A stretch of 64,000 nucleotides of DNA from Candidatus Undinarchaeales archaeon (GCA_030753015.1 JASMDC010000002.1:100567-164566); one strand, 5' to 3'; counted from the stretch's first letter, positions 36,079-46,724 are shown. Notes: a model not told the origin generated them from the letters alone. Program-made: numbers and translations.

Positions 36079-38940
36079 ATGATGGTGAGAACACGACTCG
36101 TCGTCCTGTTTGTGATCCTGCTCCTCCTACTGAGCTCTGCCAAGGACGGCACCATTAAACGGCTCACCTCCAACGCGGGGGCCAATCTCTACCCCATCAT
36201 CAACATAGATCATGCCAAGCACAAGCGCACAATCGCATGGTTCACCGATTGGGACGACACCTTCAACGTGTACGTCAAGGATTTCCGCTCCAGGAAATGG
36301 AGAACACATCGGGTGACGGGAGGGGGCAACGCCTGCGGGTTGGGCCCTCGTCATGCCGTCGATCATCACAAGTGGGCTATCCACGTTGCATGGTATCAGG
36401 TCCAGAATGAGGGCTTCGACATATTCCATGGACGTTCCACGGACGGGGGGAAGTCCTGGGCGGTGACGCGGGTGACCGATGGGCCTGAGGTCGATGTCAA
36501 TCCTGCCCTCTTCGTCCGCTCGAACGGCGATGTACACATTACCTGGGAGCGTGGACCTGAGGGGATGCGGGACATCATGGTGGCGAGCTCCTGGGACAAG
36601 GGGCGGACCTGGACAAAAGGCCCGGTCTCGACCGTTGTGTCGGACGATAGCAGACCGGTGGTGGCCGTGACCTCCAACGGGCGCATCCATGTGGCCTGGC
36701 AACGGCATGAGGGCATCGATGTGGACATCCTCCACGCGGTCTCTGATGACAACGGGCTGAGCTGGAACCTGCACAACATCATCGCCGATACGTTGCGCCA
36801 GACGAATCCGGACATCGCCGTGCGCGGCAACGATGTATACGTGGCCTGGGAGGGGATGGACCCTTCATGCAACGCGACCTACTGCCCTGTCACGGTCAAC
36901 ATCGCCCGCTCGAGCGACAATGGTGTTACCTGGGAGATGAACGCGGTGGCCGGGATGGAACTGTACCGTCCATCGATCGTCACATCTGGCGCAAAGCGCG
37001 TGCTCCTGGCCGCAGAGCACCGGACGAGCACGTCCTCCGAGATTGTGTACGGCTTCTCAAAGAACCTGGGTCGGACATGGGACGTACGGCAGGTGAGCGA
37101 TGCCGAAGGAGAGGACTCGAACCCGTCCATCGCCGTCACCTACCGGGGAAAGGTGCACATCGTATGGCAGGGAACGTCGCGCGGGCACTCGGATCTCTAT
37201 CACGTGGAGTTCTGGCCCAAAGAGGGTCCTCTGGAGATCGCCACGCCCACCCCTGATCCCGATGATATGGTCGAGCCGACACCTCTACCGCTCCCCAACG
37301 TAACGATCCTTCCAGAGGGGGAGCCCGAGGGTACACCACCAGCAGCGACCACGATCCCCGATCCCACGCCCGAACCCGATCCGGATGACGATCCCGAGGA
37401 GGATCCTAATCCCTACCCGGATCCCTCTCCGGGAGCGACACCCGATCCCAATCCTACTCCGATCCCCACCCCGCTCCCGACCGTGATCCCTACAACAATC
37501 CCGACCTTGGTCCCCACAATGGTCCCCACCGTTGTACCCACGACCCTCCCTGACGGCGAGGTGACCCTCGTCCCAACCTTCGTCCCGACACAGGTACCTA
37601 CCACGGTGGCCACCACCGTCCCTACGATAGTCCCCTCCGTGATCCCCACCGATGCTCCCGATGACGGTACCGAGCCCTCACCTGGAGTGACGGAGGACGG
37701 GCCGGCCAGCACGCTAGGGCCTCGACCGACGTTGGACGAGTCGACCCTCGACCAAGGAGGTGCACCTGCAAGCGTCCCCTCCGACCCACTGGCCGCGGCG
37801 ATATCCGACCTGGCCAAGGAAGCGGGATGCACAGCAGTGTGCACGGGGATGCCCGTGGAGTGCAACGACAACTGCGCCGACCTGCTAGAGCTCGAACGGA
37901 TCCTGACCTCACCAGTGTTCCAGGACAAATTGCTCGTGCTGATGGCGCTCAAGGGAGAGCGTCCTCCCGACCTTGAGGGGCTGGTGCAGGCTGCGTGGCG
38001 GTCGCTGGGGGACGGGGATCTCGCCAGTGCCCGAGATACCATCGGCCGTATCAGGGACGAGATCGATGTGGTCCGGAGCGACGACACGGGAGTGACAATA
38101 GTAACACGCCACGAGTTCGTCCCTCAGCAGGAGGCGGAGGAGGATGCAATCCCGGTCGTCATGGAGCTGTTCGACCTCACGAACATGTTCGGGGGCGACG
38201 TCGATGAGCTGACCCAGGAAGCGCTCGAGACCTCGAAGAACATCCGTACCGTCATGGACGTGAGCGTGACCGGTCAGGTGGTCCAGGTCGACTCGGAGGG
38301 CAGCGAGGTGACGGATGGAGAGGCAGCCACAGCGACCATGGTGAAACTCACGGTGGAGAACACCAAGGATGAGGACCAGGAGGACTTCTGTATCGTGCAG
38401 GTAATACCCAAGACCTTCGCCGAGAGCGTGAAGGGCCTCACGTTCAAGCAGGACGTGAAGGTGGTCGTTGAGGATCCGGTCGTGCTGTGGAGCGTCGACC
38501 GTCTCAAGGGGAAGAAGAAGGTGGACCTCGCCTTCTCGGTGCAGAAACAGGTGGATAACGCTGCCATGAGCGACATGAAGATCACCTTCGTCAAGCTCCC
38601 AGGATGGCGGTGCAAGGAACTGAACCCGCGGCCTGAAGTGCGGATCGGCGGGCTCGCTGGGGCAGCTAGTGCCATCAACTGGCTGAGCATCTTCATCGGT
38701 GTGGTCGTACTGGTGGTGATCGCCGGATCCGTTGCCATAGCACGCAGCTCGCGTGGGGAGGCCAAGACCGTGCCTGCAGCAGTGACCACGACAGACCGCA
38801 CGACATACCAGCACACTGCCGGATACTATCCTGCGAGCGCTCCCGGTCAGAACTCCGCCGCAGGCCGCACTCAATATTATCATGCACCCGAGTGGAGAGG
38901 CTCGCAGGAAGGCCAGGGGCAGCGCCAGAACGGAGGGTGA
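36079..38940 (+). CDS. Surface protein with Asp-box (BNR/sialidase-like) beta-propeller, Pro/Thr stalk and C-terminal TM anchor
   Basis: Signal peptide; Asp boxes STDGGKSW, SWDKGRTW, SDDNGLSW, SSDNGVTW, SKNLGRTW; (V/I)PT repeats; TM near the C-terminus. Confidence 0.85.
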   Translation: MMVRTRLVVLFVILLLLLSSAKDGTIKRLTSNAGANLYPIINIDHAKHKRTIAWFTDWDDTFNVYVKDFRSRKWRTHRVTGGGNACGLGPRHAVDHHKWAIHVAWYQVQNEGFDIFHGRSTDGGKSWAVTRVTDGPEVDVNPALFVRSNGDVHITWERGPEGMRDIMVASSWDKGRTWTKGPVSTVVSDDSRPVVAVTSNGRIHVAWQRHEGIDVDILHAVSDDNGLSWNLHNIIADTLRQTNPDIAVRGNDVYVAWEGMDPSCNATYCPVTVNIARSSDNGVTWEMNAVAGMELYRPSIVTSGAKRVLLAAEHRTSTSSEIVYGFSKNLGRTWDVRQVSDAEGEDSNPSIAVTYRGKVHIVWQGTSRGHSDLYHVEFWPKEGPLEIATPTPDPDDMVEPTPLPLPNVTILPEGEPEGTPPAATTIPDPTPEPDPDDDPEEDPNPYPDPSPGATPDPNPTPIPTPLPTVIPTTIPTLVPTMVPTVVPTTLPDGEVTLVPTFVPTQVPTTVATTVPTIVPSVIPTDAPDDGTEPSPGVTEDGPASTLGPRPTLDESTLDQGGAPASVPSDPLAAAISDLAKEAGCTAVCTGMPVECNDNCADLLELERILTSPVFQDKLLVLMALKGERPPDLEGLVQAAWRSLGDGDLASARDTIGRIRDEIDVVRSDDTGVTIVTRHEFVPQQEAEEDAIPVVMELFDLTNMFGGDVDELTQEALETSKNIRTVMDVSVTGQVVQVDSEGSEVTDGEAATATMVKLTVENTKDEDQEDFCIVQVIPKTFAESVKGLTFKQDVKVVVEDPVVLWSVDRLKGKKKVDLAFSVQKQVDNAAMSDMKITFVKLPGWRCKELNPRPEVRIGGLAGAASAINWLSIFIGVVVLVVIAGSVAIARSSRGEAKTVPAAVTTTDRTTYQHTAGYYPASAPGQNSAAGRTQYYHAPEWRGSQEGQGQRQNGG

Positions 38941-38989
38941 CCATCACCTCGCACGAGGATTAATAAGCATATACGGGCCCGGTCCATCC

Positions 38990-39700
38990 ATGAAAGACGT
39001 GCTCTACCTTGATGACGCCTATCTCAAGGAGTTCGATGCCACAGTAACCAGTGTAACCGACGGTAAGTTCGTAGTGCTGGACCGGACCGCGTTCTACCCC
39101 ACGGGCGGAGGTCAGCCCCACGACACCGGACAGATGGTGACCGACGACGACCGGGAGGTGCGGATCATCTACGTCGGCAAGTTCGGTGGAAAGGTATCCC
39201 ACCAGATCGAACCCGAGGGAGCGCTCAAGGAGGGCGATGCTGTCCACTGCATCGTCGACTGGGACCGTCGCCATACGCTCATGTGCTACCATACGGCCGC
39301 CCATGTGCTCTCCAAGGTGTTCCACAAGGACTGTGGTGCGCTCATCACCGGGAACCAGCTCAATTGCGAACGCTCACGCTTCGACTTCAATATTCCGGAT
39401 TTCGACCGGGAGCTCATCCAGGCCTGTGTTGACAAGGCCAACGCGCTCATCCGCGAGGACCGGCCCGTGAAGGTGTACTACCTATCTCGGGAGGAAGTGG
39501 AGCGACGTGGGCTCACGAAGCTGGCCAAGGGCCTTCCCGAGGGTCTTAAGATCCTGCGCATAGTGGAGATCGAGGAATTCGACGTCCAGGCGGACGGCGG
39601 GACACATGTCCAGAACACTTCGGAGATCGGTACCCTCGAGATCATGAAGTGCGAGAATAAGGGCAAGGGCAACCGACGCGTGTACTTCAGGCTGGTGTAA
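38990..39700 (+). CDS. alaXM: Alanyl-tRNA editing protein AlaX-M
   Basis: LYLDDAY, LDRTAFYPTGGGQPHD, HTAAH, DGGTHV, NKGKGNRR. Confidence 0.92.
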   Translation: MKDVLYLDDAYLKEFDATVTSVTDGKFVVLDRTAFYPTGGGQPHDTGQMVTDDDREVRIIYVGKFGGKVSHQIEPEGALKEGDAVHCIVDWDRRHTLMCYHTAAHVLSKVFHKDCGALITGNQLNCERSRFDFNIPDFDRELIQACVDKANALIREDRPVKVYYLSREEVERRGLTKLAKGLPEGLKILRIVEIEEFDVQADGGTHVQNTSEIGTLEIMKCENKGKGNRRVYFRLV

Positions 39701-39701
39701 G

Positions 39702-40739
39702 ATGGCCGAAGCAGTGATGCTCACCGAGGTGCGCGAGCAGCCCAGCGCCGTCGCTCGGACCGTCGAGGCCCTAAAAGGGCCTGTCGCCGAGGTGGCCGCG
39801 GCCTTCCCACAGCGACCGCCCCTCGTGCTCGTGGCCGCACGCGGGACGTCACACAACGCATCCCACTACGCCAAGTACCTCTTCGAGGTGCTGTGGCGGG
39901 TACCCGTCTCGCTCTCGGCCCCCTCGGTGCTCACGCTCTACCGGGCACGGCTCCCTCTTGAGGGTGCGCTGGCCGTGGGCATCTCCCAGTCCGGGGCGGC
40001 CGCCGACGTCGGAGAGGTGCTGGCCGCAGCGAAAGCGGGAGGGGCTGTAACGGTCGCTGTTACCAACGTCCAAGATTCGCCCCTTGCCGGCGTGGCCGAC
40101 CACGTGCTCATCACACAGGCCGGGGAGGAGCGGGCCATACCTGCCACAAAGACCTACACATCACAGCTGGCCGCCCTGGCCCAGCTCGTGGCCACCCTGG
40201 CACGACAGGACGCGGTACTGGACGGGCTGCGCGAGGTGCCCAAGGTGCTGGAACGGACGCTCGAAGATGAGCAGGAGTATGCCGGGCTGGCCCAGAGCAT
40301 CGACCATGATGGGCTCTCCGTGTTGGGACGGGGCTATAACTACGCCACGGCCCTGGAGGCAGCGTTGAAGCTCAAGGAGACCGCGCTCCTGCCCGGTGAG
40401 GCATGGTCCGGCGCGGAGTACCTCCATGGCCCCGTCGCCGTGGCCGGGAAGGCACCGGCGCTCATCTTCGCGCCCGAGGACGCCACTGCACCCTTCATGG
40501 GACCCATCATCGAGCGCCTGTCAGCGGCCGGACCCACGGTAGTCGTGGGCTCGAAGGGCTCCCCTCTCCTCGACAGGGCCACGTCCGCAGTGGGTCTCCC
40601 GCTCGAGGGTCTTCCAGAATGCCTCTCCCCCATCCCCCTTGTGGTCCCTGCACAGGTGGCGGCCTGTCACCTCGCAATCCGCCGCGGACTGGACCCGGAC
40701 AATCCCCACGGTCTATCTAAAGTGACCGTCACACGATAG
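39702..40739 (+). CDS. SIS-domain protein (GlmS C-terminal-like glucosamine-6-phosphate deaminase/isomerase)
   Basis: EQP, ARGTS, SQSG, PATKTY, EAALKLKE, HGP, PDNPHGLSKVTVT. Confidence 0.9.
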   Translation: MAEAVMLTEVREQPSAVARTVEALKGPVAEVAAAFPQRPPLVLVAARGTSHNASHYAKYLFEVLWRVPVSLSAPSVLTLYRARLPLEGALAVGISQSGAAADVGEVLAAAKAGGAVTVAVTNVQDSPLAGVADHVLITQAGEERAIPATKTYTSQLAALAQLVATLARQDAVLDGLREVPKVLERTLEDEQEYAGLAQSIDHDGLSVLGRGYNYATALEAALKLKETALLPGEAWSGAEYLHGPVAVAGKAPALIFAPEDATAPFMGPIIERLSAAGPTVVVGSKGSPLLDRATSAVGLPLEGLPECLSPIPLVVPAQVAACHLAIRRGLDPDNPHGLSKVTVTR

Positions 40740-40791
40740 CCGCTCGACCTCCGGGAAAACTATAAGTACCCCTTGCCGTGCCCGCCCTCCT

Positions 40792-41622
40792 GTGCTCGGG
40801 GACCGGCTGGAACCGCTCTATGGCGTGACCGATGGAGCTCAGGTCGTTGACCGTCTCTACAAGGAGCTCGAGCACCATCCCGAGCATAGGACCGAGGTAC
40901 GACAGCTGGCTATGTACCTCAACCAGGTGACTTTCGACGCCTATGCACAGCACTACCACGGCATGATGGCCGCGCCTGAGGAGGTGGAGAACGCCTACGA
41001 ACGCATCCATCTGTCACTTGATGTTGCCCAGGATGCTGTTGCTTACGCTCACACGGGGGATAAGACCTACCTGGATTCCCTGCAGAAGACGCTAGACGGT
41101 CACAAGGACGAGCTCGCCGCGGCCGTGAGCGACGTGCCCGTGACGCGACGGACCCTGGACGACCTGCCCTTCAGGGATAGGTGGGAGGATGCCTTCCGCC
41201 AGAAGGTCCGCGCGCACATCGAGCGGGAGGTCGGTAAAGACCCATCCTATGCCGATGACCTCCTGGTGCTGGCCGTGGAGTCGGGCGGCGTGGAGCCTGC
41301 TGGCATCGTGTGCGAGGAGCTCGAGGCCATGGGATACTCCGACTTCGATGTGGAGGCCGTGCGCTACTCGTCACAGACACGCATGGACCGCGAGGTCATA
41401 GCCCCTCCCCAGGCGGAGGAGCACATCAAGCGGTTCGCAGGCCGGAACATCCTTGTCGTGGACGATTTCCGGTTCAATGGCAGCGCTATCGGTGCCGTGG
41501 AGCGGTACGTCGAGGGCTTCGGACCGGCAACGGTGACCGAGGCACAGTTCTATGTCCATCCCGCACCCTACCTCTTCAACGGAGGGCCCGAGGTATTCAT
41601 GGTCCACCGTGCCGATGAGTGA
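40792..41622 (+). CDS. Hypothetical protein with C-terminal phosphoribosyltransferase-like domain
   Basis: LAVESGG and NILVVDDFRFNGSAI PRPP-loop-like motif. Confidence 0.6.
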   Translation: MLGDRLEPLYGVTDGAQVVDRLYKELEHHPEHRTEVRQLAMYLNQVTFDAYAQHYHGMMAAPEEVENAYERIHLSLDVAQDAVAYAHTGDKTYLDSLQKTLDGHKDELAAAVSDVPVTRRTLDDLPFRDRWEDAFRQKVRAHIEREVGKDPSYADDLLVLAVESGGVEPAGIVCEELEAMGYSDFDVEAVRYSSQTRMDREVIAPPQAEEHIKRFAGRNILVVDDFRFNGSAIGAVERYVEGFGPATVTEAQFYVHPAPYLFNGGPEVFMVHRADE

Positions 41623-41679
41623 GCGGCCGGGCTTGCGGATACTTTTTTATAATACCCCCGATACCAAGGCATCGTGGTC

Positions 41680-42372
41680 ATGCGCAGGTCCATCTTCGGT
41701 CAGTGCACCATAGCGATAATCCTTCTACTGCTCTGCGCATCCTCGGCCCTCGGTCTCAAGACGATCGGTGTGGAGCTCGTGGACGAATCCGTCCCCACGT
41801 GTGCCGGTGGGAAGGGAGTCGTCAACGTCGTGATCACCAACTACCTCACTAGCTCGGCCCTCTTGGAGCTCGATCTCCAGGGGCAGGGCGCCGCGCTCTT
41901 CAAGGACGCCAAGCAATACAACCTGGGTATGCGCACCACCGAGGTGCTCAAGCTCCCGTTCCGTGTGCCCAAGGACAAGACCGGCCCGCTCGACTACACG
42001 ATCACCGCCGCCATCAAGGACACGTCCGTAGCGGTGAAGACCACGGGGACGATCAAGGTCACGTCCGTCTGCCCTGATGAGCAGTGTGTCCCCCTCGATC
42101 TAGTGGAGGACGTGCCCACAGCGACACCGGTCGATAATAAACCACCGCAGCCGCTCGTGGTCCGCTCGAAGGGTTACACAGACCGTCGGACCATGGTGTT
42201 CGCCGGACTGGTGGCCCTGGCGCTCGTGCTGGCGGCGCTGTCCGTGGTCCGCACTACACACGAGCCGCAACATTCCCAGGCGCCCGTGGCGGGCTACTAC
42301 GGCAGCGGGTACGAAGGTCAGAACTACTACAACCGCTACCCACCCCCGGGTGGGGGTGGCTGGAAGGGTTAA
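41680..42372 (+). CDS. Exported Ig-like protein with C-terminal TM and Tyr/Gly-rich tail
   Basis: Signal peptide, beta-rich domain, TM, then the tail VAGYYGSGYEGQNYYNRYPPP. Confidence 0.7.
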   Translation: MRRSIFGQCTIAIILLLLCASSALGLKTIGVELVDESVPTCAGGKGVVNVVITNYLTSSALLELDLQGQGAALFKDAKQYNLGMRTTEVLKLPFRVPKDKTGPLDYTITAAIKDTSVAVKTTGTIKVTSVCPDEQCVPLDLVEDVPTATPVDNKPPQPLVVRSKGYTDRRTMVFAGLVALALVLAALSVVRTTHEPQHSQAPVAGYYGSGYEGQNYYNRYPPPGGGGWKG

Positions 42373-42388
42373 GCCTGAACCTGGTCCC

Positions 42389-45300
42389 TCACCGGTAGTA
42401 CGGTCCGTAGTTCCGCATATTGTACATGGACTGGGACTGATCGTAGACCGCCTTGGCCCCCGTCTGGACCGTAGGTGTCTGTGAGCCGCGCCGGCGAAAG
42501 GCCAGTACCACAGCTCCGGCAAGTGACACGATGATGAACAACAGCTCGAGGAGGTCCTTGATGTCGAGGACCCAGCCAAGGATCGTGCCCTGCAGTGTCC
42601 GTTCGAGCCATCCCTTGGCCACTGTCTCGACCATCACCGTCCGCTCTACCTCCCGTGAGGGATCGCTCTTGGGTGTTATGCGGATCCGGACGGGGTGGCG
42701 GCCGGCCTTCTCGGGGACCTGTACCTCGAGGGTGAGGAACTGGGTGGCGTTCGGTTCCAGCTCCGAGGTCTCCACGCGCTCCCATTTGCTCTCGAGCGAC
42801 GTGCTGACCATGACGACGAAGCGGTCCGCGAGCGTCCCGTCGTTATGTACCTGAACGGGGATGGATGTCCACGTACCTGCTTCGGACTCGACCACGGACG
42901 TCACGTTCACATCAGCATGACACACGCAATCCTCGCTGCTGGTGGCGCAGTTCTCACCGATGGCCGTGTCACAGACACCGTTTCGGCTGCAGTCGGACAC
43001 GGAGCAGTCCTTTGCACAGAAGGCGCACTCATCGGGATGGCACTGGCCGTCCCCGCACCCACCCACGCATCCGTTGACATCGGCTAGTGGGGATCCCGGG
43101 TCGCACAGCTCCCCGGCCGCGCAAGCGCAGTCAGCAGAGGTGAGACAGTCCTCGCCGGTGGTCGTGTCGCACGTCCCGTCCCCGGCGCAGGTCGGCGGGG
43201 GGCAGTCCTGTGGGCAGATCCCGCACTCGTTCTCGCACTTACCGTCACCGCATGTAGCTACTACGCACGAGCCCTGGAGGCACGTGAGGCCACGTCGACA
43301 GACCTCGGTGCAGCCGCATGAGGCGGCTTCGTCACCCAGCTCGCCACACCCACCGCGTCCGTCGCACACATTGCCCCCTCCACACCTGCTTCCGCAGGTA
43401 AGGGGAGCATAGGCGCACACGCGTACGTCGGGATCGCACCGGTCCCTGGTACAGAGGTTGCCGTCATCGCATCCGCAGTCCTGTGGGCAGGTGACGCAGT
43501 CCTCGCCCTCGTCACACCGCTCGTCCCCGCACCGGACCGTGCAGGTGTTGGTGGGATCGAGGCGACAGGGATCGATGGTGTCGGGCACATCGTCCTCGTC
43601 CGAATCAGGGAGGCAGGTCCCCTTGAAGCACTGGCCATGGGGGCCGATGAGGGTGCGACATGGACCGTCATCAGAACATCGTACGCACGTCCCCAGACCA
43701 GGATCGCATACAAGGTGCTCGTCACCGCAGGGTGTCTTCTCGAGGATCGTGCAGCCCCCGTTCACGCACCGGTACTCGTAGAGCACGTTGGTGTAGCATG
43801 CGAGCTGACAGTCCTGGTTGCGTGCGCATGCGTTGTCCCGGTCGCGGGGTCGAGGATCCCGCGAGTCGATGATACCATCACCGTCCTCGTCCCCCACGCA
43901 CCCGGCCGCATCTGCCTGTGTGGCGAGGGGATCGCACATGATCTCCGTGGGGCACCCGCAATCCTTGGGACAGAGAAGACAGTTCTCCTCGACATCGCAG
44001 GTGCCGTCCCCGCACAGGTCCACGCATTGGCCTGCGACACACGAGCGCCCGAGGCCGTATGCAACGGTGCAGTTCACGCGATCGGTACATAGAGTACAGC
44101 CCAGGACCGAACAGACCTCGCCCTTGGTACAGGGTACGGGCTCGTCCTGGACACAGACCAGGTCACGGCATGATCCCGGGACGAACGTGTTGTTGACGCA
44201 GACACCGGGACAGTCGTTATCGGACCTGCAGGCGGCCTGACGACATGTACCGCTCGGCTGATGGCATGCGTATCCTTCGCCATAGAGATCGGTGCATACC
44301 GCATCCCCAGTGCAGCCAGCACAGCCGTCGGGCGTGCATATAAGCCCGTCCGCCCCGCAGTCAGCCTCCTCTTCAACGCAGGCCGTGTCCACGCACGAGC
44401 GCGTTACGAGCACGGTACCGTCGCATTCGGTGGGAGGACAGTCGGTGGTCTCCAAGCATCCCACGCACCCGTCGGACGTGCAGCGTCCCGTGCAGATCTC
44501 CTGCTTGACGGGCGTACATGCTCCCGCAGAGCAGCCACGGACCAGGAACAGGACACCATCGCATCCTGGAAGGCATACCTCGGACGGCCGGCACTCACCC
44601 AGGGATGAACAGGTACCCGCGGCCGTGGAGCCGGCTTCACTGGTAGAGCAGCAGGCGGTACTGTTCGAGGAGCATGTCCATGTCCCCCGGCAAATGACCT
44701 TGCCCGTGCAGTTCCCTGCCCCGCATGCTCCGCCAGGGGAGAGCCCGGCAGGTGCGGCCAGGCATGATCCCGCGCAGCAGTTGCCCACACCACCCAGGGT
44801 ACGGCAGGCAGCACCGTCGGGTCCGCATGTGTCGCGGCACACACCATCCACGCACAGCCCGCTCTCGCATTCGTCCGCCCTGACGCACGTGGGCGCCGTG
44901 CGGCACACACCCTTGTCGCACAGCCCGGTTGTGCACTGGCATCCCTCGAGGCACGGATCGCCCTCGACCACTGAGCCGAAGGCCACGCACACGTTTGCAG
45001 CACAGCATCCTGTCGTGCATCCCTGGTGATCGGTACAGCTCGTGGCACACGAGTTCCCGTCACACCTGAAGGGCGTGCAGTTCGTTCTCGTCTCACAGGC
45101 ACCGTCGGAGGTACAAGCGCCCTGGCGGTCGTCGATGCAGCAGCCCGTGCCCTTGGTGTCACAGAGCCAATCATCGGTGCAGAGGGCCTTTCCTGCGCAC
45201 TGACCCGTCCCGCACACGACATCGACCGATAGCACGGCAACGCTCTTGTCAACGGTGAACGGCGGTACTTTACAGGAACCGCCGCAACAGAAACCGGAGC

Positions 45301-46684
45301 CTCCCTCGGGGAGCCCGCATCGCTGTCCTTTCGAACCGCAGGGAATGCAGGCGTCAAGCGTACTGTCACCGTCGGTGTCCACGCAGGGATCGCCAGCACA
45401 GGTGAACGTGGACGAGCACCGCTGACGGCAGGTACCCTCGATGCAGGTGTATCCGTCCGTACAACCCTCGTCGTCCGCGCATGAGGTGGCGCACGAGCCG
45501 TTCGAGCAGAGGTAGGGCGTGCACTCCGCCGTGACCTCCCCCTCGCACATGCCAGCGATCGAGCACGAGCGTACGGCATCCCCCTGACAGCATGTGTTCC
45601 CTGCCGAAGAGCAGGTCCATGCAGCGTCGCCGCAGCCGACCGTGCCTGCGCACGCGCCGGACCCGCACGCCTCACCTGATGGTCGACCGTCCCCGCTGGC
45701 ATCGGCCCAGATGAACGGGACGGGTGCACAGATCGAACCGCAGCAGAAGCCGTTTGTCCCCTCCCGGGTCGTACACGAGGCTCCTGGACTGCCCGAGCAC
45801 TCGCCGCACTGGCCGGTGATGCCCTGCGAGAGGATGCATTCCCAGGTATCCCCGGGGCCACAGTCCCTCCCTTTCGTACAGGAACGGTCGACGATGAGCA
45901 CCGGTGCACCGTCACCACTGAGCTGCACACCCGTATGCTTCACCCCCTCCACGACGTCGCACCGCCCCTTGTCATCATAGTAGATCTCGGTGCAGAGCGT
46001 ATCGGTCGGCCAAGAGAACGTATGGGTCGTTGCAGGCGCAGTGAGCCTGAGCCCTATTGCGGTGCTCCCTGCGGCCAGCGTCTCGAGCACATCGGTCGTT
46101 ATATCGGCGGTGAGGATGTCCCCGGACGCGGTGAACGTAACGGCAGGACGCGGGGAGCAGTCCTCCTTTGAGCTGTCGTCGCATAATGATGAAGTGCACG
46201 TAGCCAGTGCGATAGCGGGTCCGGCCTCGCACACAGTGGACGTCCCGGGAGGACAGGCTGCCGTGATGCGGAAGGAGACAGAGGAAAACGGGGCTACGCT
46301 CTCAAGGGAGAAGGCCACGAACGTACCCTGAGCGGTCTGGGAAGTGAGGTCCTGACAGCACTTCGGATGTGCACCATCCACCACTTGGTTCACGTGATAG
46401 CAGGGATCGCCATCCGTGTCGCAGATGTAGCCGTTTGAGGCGACGGCGCAGTGGTCGAATCCATCGGGTACCGAACCGACGATGAAGTAACAGCATCCGT
46501 CGATGGCCCGTTGGGCGCACTTCTGGTGCGTGTAAATCGCAAGCGTACCCACAGTCGCCGATGTCGCGCCCTTGTCAAGCGGACCGGCATCGGTGAACGC
46601 TCCAGTGCATGACGGCATGACATCCAGGGCTGACACCGTCACGATTGCCAGGCACAAAGCAACCACTACAGCTCTCGCTTCCAC
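42389..46684 (-). CDS. Giant Cys-rich repeat surface protein (1431 aa) with C-terminal Ig-like domain and TM
   Basis: Signal peptide; repeated CGDG.C...E.C..CP.DC and C..D..C..G..C..G.C modules; DxDGDG Ca-binding-like motifs. Confidence 0.85.
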   Translation of the reverse strand: MEARAVVVALCLAIVTVSALDVMPSCTGAFTDAGPLDKGATSATVGTLAIYTHQKCAQRAIDGCCYFIVGSVPDGFDHCAVASNGYICDTDGDPCYHVNQVVDGAHPKCCQDLTSQTAQGTFVAFSLESVAPFSSVSFRITAACPPGTSTVCEAGPAIALATCTSSLCDDSSKEDCSPRPAVTFTASGDILTADITTDVLETLAAGSTAIGLRLTAPATTHTFSWPTDTLCTEIYYDDKGRCDVVEGVKHTGVQLSGDGAPVLIVDRSCTKGRDCGPGDTWECILSQGITGQCGECSGSPGASCTTREGTNGFCCGSICAPVPFIWADASGDGRPSGEACGSGACAGTVGCGDAAWTCSSAGNTCCQGDAVRSCSIAGMCEGEVTAECTPYLCSNGSCATSCADDEGCTDGYTCIEGTCRQRCSSTFTCAGDPCVDTDGDSTLDACIPCGSKGQRCGLPEGGSGFCCGGSCKVPPFTVDKSVAVLSVDVVCGTGQCAGKALCTDDWLCDTKGTGCCIDDRQGACTSDGACETRTNCTPFRCDGNSCATSCTDHQGCTTGCCAANVCVAFGSVVEGDPCLEGCQCTTGLCDKGVCRTAPTCVRADECESGLCVDGVCRDTCGPDGAACRTLGGVGNCCAGSCLAAPAGLSPGGACGAGNCTGKVICRGTWTCSSNSTACCSTSEAGSTAAGTCSSLGECRPSEVCLPGCDGVLFLVRGCSAGACTPVKQEICTGRCTSDGCVGCLETTDCPPTECDGTVLVTRSCVDTACVEEEADCGADGLICTPDGCAGCTGDAVCTDLYGEGYACHQPSGTCRQAACRSDNDCPGVCVNNTFVPGSCRDLVCVQDEPVPCTKGEVCSVLGCTLCTDRVNCTVAYGLGRSCVAGQCVDLCGDGTCDVEENCLLCPKDCGCPTEIMCDPLATQADAAGCVGDEDGDGIIDSRDPRPRDRDNACARNQDCQLACYTNVLYEYRCVNGGCTILEKTPCGDEHLVCDPGLGTCVRCSDDGPCRTLIGPHGQCFKGTCLPDSDEDDVPDTIDPCRLDPTNTCTVRCGDERCDEGEDCVTCPQDCGCDDGNLCTRDRCDPDVRVCAYAPLTCGSRCGGGNVCDGRGGCGELGDEAASCGCTEVCRRGLTCLQGSCVVATCGDGKCENECGICPQDCPPPTCAGDGTCDTTTGEDCLTSADCACAAGELCDPGSPLADVNGCVGGCGDGQCHPDECAFCAKDCSVSDCSRNGVCDTAIGENCATSSEDCVCHADVNVTSVVESEAGTWTSIPVQVHNDGTLADRFVVMVSTSLESKWERVETSELEPNATQFLTLEVQVPEKAGRHPVRIRITPKSDPSREVERTVMVETVAKGWLERTLQGTILGWVLDIKDLLELLFIIVSLAGAVVLAFRRRGSQTPTVQTGAKAVYDQSQSMYNMRNYGPYYR

Positions 46685-46724
46685 CGTTCGGAAGTAGTCC
46701 GTTCAAGTATTATAAAGGGTTTGA

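Noticed and set aside
37240-37700. Possible CRISPR or non-coding repeat array
   Set aside because: The repeats are in-frame Pro/Thr/Asp codons of a surface-protein stalk. I saw no constant repeat-spacer structure or cas gene anywhere in the window.
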